A DNA stretch of 64,000 nt from assembly GCA_001029675.1 (NCBI GenBank), contig CP011210.1, positions 453,663-517,662 of the forward strand. Reading direction: 5' to 3'. Under the pieces are notes generated by a model, which saw only the letters and a program-made list of their open reading frames with translations, did not search any database and was not told the origin of the DNA. The stretch is from Candidatus Beckwithbacteria bacterium GW2011_GWC1_49_16. GTDB lineage: Bacteria; Patescibacteriota; Microgenomatia; UBA1400; CG1-02-47-37. A program made the position numbers and the translations under genes. Below, piece after piece: positions 57,496-64,000 of the stretch (within the stretch, counting starts at the first letter, position 1; each line of letters opens with the position of its first letter).

Positions 57496-60081
57496 ATGTT
57501 TCTTCGTCTGCCCAGGGTATTGGTGTTTTTCTTAGGTTTTCTTTTTGTCCTCTTAATATTTCCAAATAAAAGCAGCGCTGCAGTTTTATTTCAGGATAAT
57601 TTTGATGACGGAAATGCCAATGGGTGGATAGTTGCAAGAAACATGCAATGGGGAAATAACTTATTGCCATGCTATAAAGAAGGTCAACCGACAGACTGGG
57701 CTGTTCAGGACGGAAAATATGGGATTTATATAGTCGGACAGAGTTGTGTTACTGAAACAATGCCAGCAAGCTGGGATAATTCGTGGAACAACTACATTTT
57801 TGAAGCTGACGTTATTTTCGTCAGAGGAACTGATGGGAATATCGCTTTCAGATATTCGGGAAGTCCTAATTTCGATTGGTATGGCTACCATTTTCAAATC
57901 GACTCAAATCCAAGCTTTTCAAAAGTTACTCTTCAAAGAGTCTTAAACACAAGCATTTATTCAGATAACTCAGTTTTCTATCTGGAACGCAACACCCCTT
58001 ATCACCTAAAAATTATTGTTAACAATGAAGAGATAAAACTATTTATAAATGATAATTTGGCTCTAGATTACCCAGATGCTGGAGGCAGATTCACCACAGG
58101 CAGAATCGCATTACAAGCCAGCGTTGGAGGTGATCCAGAATCACAAGTCTGGTTTGACAATGTTGTGGTCAGCTCAATCGGTGACGAGCCAGAGGAAAAA
58201 GATCCGGTTGTGTTGCTGCCAGGGTTTGGAGCAAGCTGGGACAAGACGGCCCTGGTGATAGGAGGTCCTGGCGATGACTGGACTAAAACTCCGTTCGTCA
58301 ACGTCTACGACAACTTGAGAAATACTTTTATCGACAACGCCGGCTATACCGAAGGCGATGATTACTTTGAGTTTTACTACGACTGGCGCAAGCCGTTGAC
58401 CGATTTAGCCGATGACTTTGATGACTTTCTTCAAACAACGGTGCTCACGGATAAGCCGGAAGACACTAAAGTCGACCTAGTCGGTCACAGCCTTGGAGGA
58501 ATGGTGGCCAGAGTCTTTGCCCAAGAACATGGCATAGATAAACTAGACGAGATCGTCACCACTGGTTCACCCCATGAGGGAGCCATTCCAGCCTGGCTGG
58601 CTTGGTCGGGAGCGGAGGTGGGCGAACGCTGGTCGTGGCAGTGGTTAGCGCTGCAGCTTTATCTTCAAATCCACAACTTGGGTTACGCCTCACCAGTGAC
58701 TGCGGTGCGGGGTTTGACTCCGGGGCTTAAAGATTTGCTGCCTATTTTTGACTTTGCCAAAGACGAGGGCGACTCGGTAATTCCTTATACCAGTTTGACC
58801 GGCATCAATGACTATTTGGACAGCCTTGAATCAAGCCTATCCACAGAAGTTAAAGGTGTCTTAAACACCATTGCCGGCCGTGAAGACGACCCTGATCGGA
58901 ATACGGTTGAATGGTTGACTCTGGGAGAGAGAAGCTGGATCGACCAACTTTTGGGTAGGTGGCCTGACGGCAAACCGGTGGCCAAAGAAACCACAGACGC
59001 TGGTGACTTAACTGTGTTGCAAAAAAGCGCCACAGTCAGCGGCGTTGCCTCGACGGCCGTGGTCAATACCACTCACGTTAGTTTGCCGCAAACAAAGGAA
59101 GGCATCCAAGCAATTCTTGATGCTTTAGACTTATCGGGGGTAGCTCCGGCAACTGGCGTCGATCCTCTGCCGCGAAACCCATCCTTGGTTTTCTTTCTCC
59201 ACTCGCCAGCCGAATTGACCGTAACTGCGCCCGACGAATCTCAAGCTGGCTTCGGCGTCGCCTCGCCGATGGCCAACTCCCTTTACAGCCCGGAAGACAA
59301 ACTTTTGGTTATTTACAACGCCTTGGCCGGAATTTATGGAGTGGAAATTTTGGGAACCGGCACCGGTCCATACCACTTGGAAGTCGGCCAGTTGACCGAA
59401 GCGGGTGAATTTTTCAACACCTTAAGCGAAACTACTTCTGCCGGAGAAACCGACACTTTTCAACTTGACTTTAACCCCGAAGACCCTTTGGCTCAACCGG
59501 TCGTCGATGAAACCGGAAAAACCCAACTACTCTTGGCCAAAGCCAGGCTGGAAGAACTCAAAGACGCCGTTAACCGGCGCTGGTTTAAAAACTTTATCGA
59601 CCAAATGATTCGCTTAATTGACCGGGCCGTGGAGAAAATCGATCAGGGCAGATTCCTCTGGGCCCAAGTCTATGTGCAGAGAACCTTGCTGACCGACTAC
59701 TATCTGCGCTTGTTTTCAGACAGACACTGGAGTTTTTGGGGGCTTACTTCCCAAGAGCAAATCTTGGCTCATAATTTGGCCGCAGAGGCGGGTCAATACT
59801 TGGAAGAGGCTTTTGTGATTACTTTTGACTTAAGCGGTCGCAGGTTAACTTCCCGGCAAGTGCAAAGTTATATCAGAGAGACGGAGAGGTTAAAGGCCCG
59901 GGTCGACCGCCGACTGGAAAGCTACGGTCAAGAGAATCAACTTTTGGGTGAAACCTACGAGCTGGCAGAGGCCAGTCTTGCCGGAGCCAAGGCTGATTTT
60001 GACTCGGGGAACTTAAGTAGCGCTTACGCCCAGCTTTTGGCCGCCAAAATTCTCTATCAGGAAGCCTTAGGCCTGCTGTAG
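57496..60081 (+). CDS. secreted alpha/beta-hydrolase (lipase/PGAP1-like) with an N-terminal ConA/lectin-like domain
   Basis: Signal peptide, FQDNFDDG...WFDNVVV beta-sandwich, VVLLPG..AS, YDWR, GHSLGG nucleophile elbow, GSPH.G; ATG after a GGAG RBS. Confidence 0.8.
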   Translation: MFLRLPRVLVFFLGFLFVLLIFPNKSSAAVLFQDNFDDGNANGWIVARNMQWGNNLLPCYKEGQPTDWAVQDGKYGIYIVGQSCVTETMPASWDNSWNNYIFEADVIFVRGTDGNIAFRYSGSPNFDWYGYHFQIDSNPSFSKVTLQRVLNTSIYSDNSVFYLERNTPYHLKIIVNNEEIKLFINDNLALDYPDAGGRFTTGRIALQASVGGDPESQVWFDNVVVSSIGDEPEEKDPVVLLPGFGASWDKTALVIGGPGDDWTKTPFVNVYDNLRNTFIDNAGYTEGDDYFEFYYDWRKPLTDLADDFDDFLQTTVLTDKPEDTKVDLVGHSLGGMVARVFAQEHGIDKLDEIVTTGSPHEGAIPAWLAWSGAEVGERWSWQWLALQLYLQIHNLGYASPVTAVRGLTPGLKDLLPIFDFAKDEGDSVIPYTSLTGINDYLDSLESSLSTEVKGVLNTIAGREDDPDRNTVEWLTLGERSWIDQLLGRWPDGKPVAKETTDAGDLTVLQKSATVSGVASTAVVNTTHVSLPQTKEGIQAILDALDLSGVAPATGVDPLPRNPSLVFFLHSPAELTVTAPDESQAGFGVASPMANSLYSPEDKLLVIYNALAGIYGVEILGTGTGPYHLEVGQLTEAGEFFNTLSETTSAGETDTFQLDFNPEDPLAQPVVDETGKTQLLLAKARLEELKDAVNRRWFKNFIDQMIRLIDRAVEKIDQGRFLWAQVYVQRTLLTDYYLRLFSDRHWSFWGLTSQEQILAHNLAAEAGQYLEEAFVITFDLSGRRLTSRQVQSYIRETERLKARVDRRLESYGQENQLLGETYELAEASLAGAKADFDSGNLSSAYAQLLAAKILYQEALGLL

Positions 60082-60629
60082 TTGGCACCAGGAAAGGTGC
60101 CGGCAAATCTACTTATCTCTATGCCTGTATCGTCGAAAACATCGACCATGTATCTTTTATTGCCCAGCTCAACCGTAGAAATTAATTCCTTAGGTGCCAA
60201 AGGTTGAAGCCCAAACTTTTCAATGATCTCCTCTAAGGTTCTGATTTCAGTTGAGGGTAATTGAGAAAACTCTAACGTATATGAAGGCTCTCCCCTTTCA
60301 AACACCAAAACTCCTTTATGTAAGGTTATGGGCGCCAGCACGGGAATTGATAAATTAGTTAATTGACTTAAAGCCATTAAAGTTTCGTAGGCTCTCTCGG
60401 CGTAACCTCGAGAGTTTTCGTTTTCCGCAGGGTAAAGTTTCATAAATAGTCCAACTGAATCACTTGATGCCGACAACCTCAAAGTGAACTCATAGAGTCG
60501 GCTCTCCAGCTCCCAATCCCCTTTGGGAGAAAAGTCTATCGGAAACCCTTCGCCGTTAAACTCAAGCATTCCTAGGAAATTTTCCGCCTGGATGGTTGCG
60601 TATTCAACAGAAACTTTTTCTCTGTCCAT
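60057..60629 (-). CDS. hypothetical protein (190 aa)
   Basis: ORF with TATAAT 7 nt before the ATG. Confidence 0.65.
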   Translation of the reverse strand: MDREKVSVEYATIQAENFLGMLEFNGEGFPIDFSPKGDWELESRLYEFTLRLSASSDSVGLFMKLYPAENENSRGYAERAYETLMALSQLTNLSIPVLAPITLHKGVLVFERGEPSYTLEFSQLPSTEIRTLEEIIEKFGLQPLAPKELISTVELGNKRYMVDVFDDTGIEISRFAGTFPGANYSRPKAS

Positions 60630-60652
60630 GTTCGGTATTATATCAGGTCAGT

Positions 60653-60717
60653 TTAAATTAGCCTCTTAATCGCTTCTAGGTAAACGTGTTTGTTTTTGCG
60701 GGCGGGGAAGTCCTGGG
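60653..60717. repeat. diverged direct-repeat copy of the udk 3' end (partner 62660-62724)
   Basis: 60/65 identity; encodes QDFPARKNKHVYLEAIKRLI* against ...AIKKLV* in udk. Confidence 0.92.
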
Positions 60718-60745
60718 AGATTTGATTGCGTAGAGAAGTTTTTAG

Positions 60746-62569
60746 TCACTTTCTTAACTTTTCAAGGAGATCTCTTAAATAAACTTCTAGTAAAAATTCT
60801 GACTCTGGTATATATTTTTGCTCATACTCTTGAAAAACTCCGTAACTTTCAAGTAAATATAAATTTTCAATCGTTAATTGTATTTGTTTTATTAATTGGA
60901 TTCGTTGGTCCAATAAAATATCCTCTATTTGACGAAAGGGATTAAAGCCCAATGTTGGCTGGTCGCAAATTTTAAGAAGGAACTCAGAAACTTTTTGAAA
61001 ACTTTTTCCTACTTCTTCAAAGTCTGGAGTAGTGGTCAGCTCTTTACCCAAGGAGTCTAATTCTGAAAACCATCTAATTAAGTTGCTATTATCATAGGGT
61101 GGTGGTTTTTGGTTAATTTCTCTCAGAATTTCTACCCTACCTCTATTTTTCGTGTTAGTTATCTTAAATTCTTGATCCCAAATAGCAATATAGGTGCCTT
61201 TTTTTGCTGATATGGTCCCCAGAATATCTTGTGGGTTACCGTCGTATTCTTTAACAACCACACCCAGAAATAAAATGTCATTTCTTGACGTTAATGTGGT
61301 GAAATGGTCTCCTCCTCTGCCGCCGGTATGGTCAACTCTAGGCGCGAGAATCATTCCAGGTATTCGTTCGTCTCTGACATACTGCAACTCGACAATCGCA
61401 GCTGCATTACTAAAATGACCAATGCTAACTTTTCTTAGACCAAAAAACCCACTAAAAACCGTGTCTGGAAGGATCAAGAGATAATTTGAGTGTTGCTGAT
61501 TGAATTTGAGTAATATGTCCATATCGTCTAGGCTAAATCCGCCTGCACCTACTTGAATTATCCCCCGTCCTTTCCGCGAATCAATGTTAACAACATCTGT
61601 TCCTTCGAAAAGAACGGTTCCTTCTTGGGGTTCGAGTTCTAAATCTTTTACGGGGGTTCTATTTTCAGGCGAATGCTGAACAACGATGCCTGGACTTTCT
61701 GATTGATCAATAGCAAACTCCCAGTAAGATGAGGTTTTGTCTGTTAATGTTTTTTGCCAGGCCCTGATAAGCTCTACTAGTTTAGGAACTTGAGGGTATA
61801 TTGATTTTTCAATTTCGAAACTTCGTCTAATAGTAATAGTTTCTAATTGGGTCGTATTTAGATTAACCACGTCAACTTTTGTTATCGACTGAAGAGCTTT
61901 AAAGATTGTTTTTATATCAGAAATTTTTTCTTTTTTTAAAACAATTGCCTCGCTTGTCTCTACTGCTTTAGTTCCAAGACCTATTACTAGACGTAGGATG
62001 GGCTCGTCATTAACTAAAGTTAGGACTCCAGATAAAGACGGCATAAAGTAATCCCCAAACCTATCCCCGACTACCGGATGAATTAGCATTCCCATTCCGG
62101 AATTTGTCCGCTCTAAATTAACAACTTTATCAGATGAAAAAAAGCTAGCAAAAATGCTTTTCTGATTCTCCTCCAGAACAGCTAAATCTTCCTGAGTGTC
62201 TCCTGTCTTGATATAAAACGTAGTGTAATATATTCCCGTTCCACCTCTTTCGTCTGTGGCGGAAGACCTTATAGCTATAGGAATTCCTTTGGGTATAAAA
62301 GACAAAATTTCTTGGTTTATTTCTGATAAATGTGGAGGAATTTCCCCTTGTTCAATTTCAAAATCTTGAGTTGAATTACGAAAATCGTTATACTGAATGA
62401 ACTCGTGAAAAAGTGACGACCCGATGCTAATCCCAGGTAGAACAGAAATCCCACTTAGATTTTGTTCATCCAAATTAATTAAATCTCTGGTTTTCAGGCC
62501 TGGATTGGAACCATAGCTAATCCACTCCTTACCGAATTGAGATTCAGTTGGCTTTTGGTTTTCTGACAT
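60746..62569 (-). CDS. PEP/pyruvate-binding (PPDK_N-like ATP-grasp) domain protein
   Basis: PIAIRSSA..E...G.Y.T.F, MG.LI.PVVG..FG.YF.P.LSGV, RLV.GLGT.AV; AT-rich. Confidence 0.65.
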   Translation of the reverse strand: MSENQKPTESQFGKEWISYGSNPGLKTRDLINLDEQNLSGISVLPGISIGSSLFHEFIQYNDFRNSTQDFEIEQGEIPPHLSEINQEILSFIPKGIPIAIRSSATDERGGTGIYYTTFYIKTGDTQEDLAVLEENQKSIFASFFSSDKVVNLERTNSGMGMLIHPVVGDRFGDYFMPSLSGVLTLVNDEPILRLVIGLGTKAVETSEAIVLKKEKISDIKTIFKALQSITKVDVVNLNTTQLETITIRRSFEIEKSIYPQVPKLVELIRAWQKTLTDKTSSYWEFAIDQSESPGIVVQHSPENRTPVKDLELEPQEGTVLFEGTDVVNIDSRKGRGIIQVGAGGFSLDDMDILLKFNQQHSNYLLILPDTVFSGFFGLRKVSIGHFSNAAAIVELQYVRDERIPGMILAPRVDHTGGRGGDHFTTLTSRNDILFLGVVVKEYDGNPQDILGTISAKKGTYIAIWDQEFKITNTKNRGRVEILREINQKPPPYDNSNLIRWFSELDSLGKELTTTPDFEEVGKSFQKVSEFLLKICDQPTLGFNPFRQIEDILLDQRIQLIKQIQLTIENLYLLESYGVFQEYEQKYIPESEFLLEVYLRDLLEKLRK

Positions 62570-62659
62570 ACGGTCTTATAACTATTAATATAAGACCGTA
62601 TTTTATCATACGGGTGCTGAGCCTACTGGTTTAAGCACTAAGATGAGAACAAGCCTGAC

Positions 62660-63511
62660 TTAAACTAACTTCTTAATCGCTTCCAAGTAAACGTGTTTGT
62701 TTTTGCGGGCGGGGAAGTCCTGGGGGGCTTCGACCTGGAGGGAGTTGTCAAAAAGTATGGCTTTATCGGCCAGAGTCCCCTGGCGCAAAGCGTCAAGATA
62801 GGGTTTGACGAACTGGAGATAACCGGGTTTGGTGGTGGAGGCGATTTGGTCTTGAGAGTCTTTTTTAGTGCGGCCGCGTTCTTGGACGTCGCGGTTGATG
62901 CGGCGAGCCACACAGATTTCCCAGGGAGCATCGACGCCGATAAGCAAGTCTGCCTCGTCTTTTAAAGCGTGGGCGGCCATGATGCCGGAAACGACGATAA
63001 TCGATTTGGGTGCGAGCTCGGGGCGACCCCGATCGACCCGGCTATGAATGGAAAAGTCGTACTCGGGCAGGGTAACGGTATGACCCTGGCGGAGGAGCGA
63101 CAGGTGAAGCCTTTGCAAGTCCCAGTCGACTGAGTTGGGGTGGTCGTAGTTGTTGGAATATATCCCTGGTTGGCTGTCGCCGAACAGCTTGCCGGTAGGG
63201 CCGTAGTAAAGGTCGGAAGGCAGGTGGACGACGGACTCTGCCAGCTCTTGCTGGATGACTTCGATGACCGTGTCTTTTCCCGAGCCGCTGGGGCCGAAGA
63301 TGACCACGGTTTTAGGCGTTTGGGCTAGCGAGCTTTTGGGACCAGATTGCCTAAGATAACCCCAGCGGGGGTCGTTCCTGGCGGCGGTTAAAAATTCCAG
63401 CGCTTGCTGGCTTTCGACTTTGATAATCAGGCCTTCGGGGTCGCCGATGGCCATCCAGGGCATGATCTTTGCCTTAGGGACTTTTTGGAGCAGGGCTTTT
63501 AAGTCGGGCAT
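62660..63511 (-). CDS. udk: uridine kinase family protein
   Basis: GPSGSGKD, D.YY, NYDHP.SVD, LP.YDF..H.R, RR..RDV.ERGR, FVKP. Confidence 0.88.
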   Translation of the reverse strand: MPDLKALLQKVPKAKIMPWMAIGDPEGLIIKVESQQALEFLTAARNDPRWGYLRQSGPKSSLAQTPKTVVIFGPSGSGKDTVIEVIQQELAESVVHLPSDLYYGPTGKLFGDSQPGIYSNNYDHPNSVDWDLQRLHLSLLRQGHTVTLPEYDFSIHSRVDRGRPELAPKSIIVVSGIMAAHALKDEADLLIGVDAPWEICVARRINRDVQERGRTKKDSQDQIASTTKPGYLQFVKPYLDALRQGTLADKAILFDNSLQVEAPQDFPARKNKHVYLEAIKKLV

Positions 63512-63569
63512 TGTCTAGAACAATATAGCATATCTAGTGGTCAATTTGACTATAGGGTATAATTCACAC

Positions 63570-64000
63570 ATGGAGCCGAAACCGCTTCCCGATAGCCAAA
63601 GTCTAAATCTGCCATACAGCCAAGAGATCGAAACGGCTGGCATCAAGATTGCCTCGATTGTTCAATCTTACCGAAAAGGTCAGATAGAAACCAAAGAAGC
63701 CAGATCACAACTATCAAGCTGGCTGATGAAAAAATTTACCTATGAAGAATTTCGTGAAGCTGTAAAGGCAGCCTTTGGCAGAAACATAACAGACCCAGAC
63801 ATTTTACCGGTTAACCAATCGCGGAACTGGTCAGCTAAGGAGTTAGCTTCTTCGCTCAGGCGGCCAGTAGTTTTTGGCGGTACCGGTCTAGCGGTTGTGT
63901 TCGTAGACATGTTTGATTCTGGCATATCAGCGGCACATAAATATCCGATGAATTATGACTTGTTGGTAAGTTACTTTAAAAGACATCCCGATAAACTATT
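63570..64000 (+). CDS. hypothetical protein, partial (runs off the window edge)
   Basis: Open frame MEPKPLPDSQSLNLPYSQEIE... to the end of the window; TATAAT 6 nt before the ATG. Confidence 0.65.
   Translation, partial: MEPKPLPDSQSLNLPYSQEIETAGIKIASIVQSYRKGQIETKEARSQLSSWLMKKFTYEEFREAVKAAFGRNITDPDILPVNQSRNWSAKELASSLRRPVVFGGTGLAVVFVDMFDSGISAAHKYPMNYDLLVSYFKRHPDKL

Noticed and set aside
426-63925. Many short ORFs antisense to or overlapping the called genes (e.g. 36245-36829, 53912-54472, 33014-33532)
   Set aside because: They are shadows of well-supported genes on the other strand or frame and have no motifs of their own.

Overview
This 64 kb window looks like a Patescibacteria (CPR, probably Microgenomates-type) chromosome in genetic code 11; the taxon is inferred from gene content and style. 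The GC-richer backbone carries atpFEB, rplS, pyrG, dnaE, gatCAB, clpB, htpX, lemA, polX-PHP, transketolase, udk, a surface-glycan cluster and five tRNAs. An AT-rich island of about 19 kb (about 2.4-21.4 kb) sits at the 3' end of tRNA-Glu and ends in a large serine recombinase. The island holds three modules. The first is an apparent operon: LexA, a small HTH protein, a CdnE-like CD-NTase, Cap15, a HEPN-like protein, a Zn-ribbon protein and DUF5677, which suggests SOS-regulated CBASS with extra toxins. The second is a divergent ParB-methyltransferase/TerS/TerL module with no portal or capsid. The third is a type I R-M system whose fused HsdM-HsdS carries a C-terminal HEPN (AbiU2-like) domain. 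Outside the island, AT-rich orphan genes are flanked by diverged duplicates of the 3' end of the upstream housekeeping gene (rplS, udk), and a tRNA-Thr-like remnant follows the intact tRNA-Thr. Short GC-rich palindromes are inserted at tRNA ends, in a tRNA anticodon loop and in-frame in rplS and pyrG. Leaderless-type promoters are widespread, and a candidate structured RNA lies upstream of gatCAB. All family assignments come from motif recognition by eye; no database search was run.
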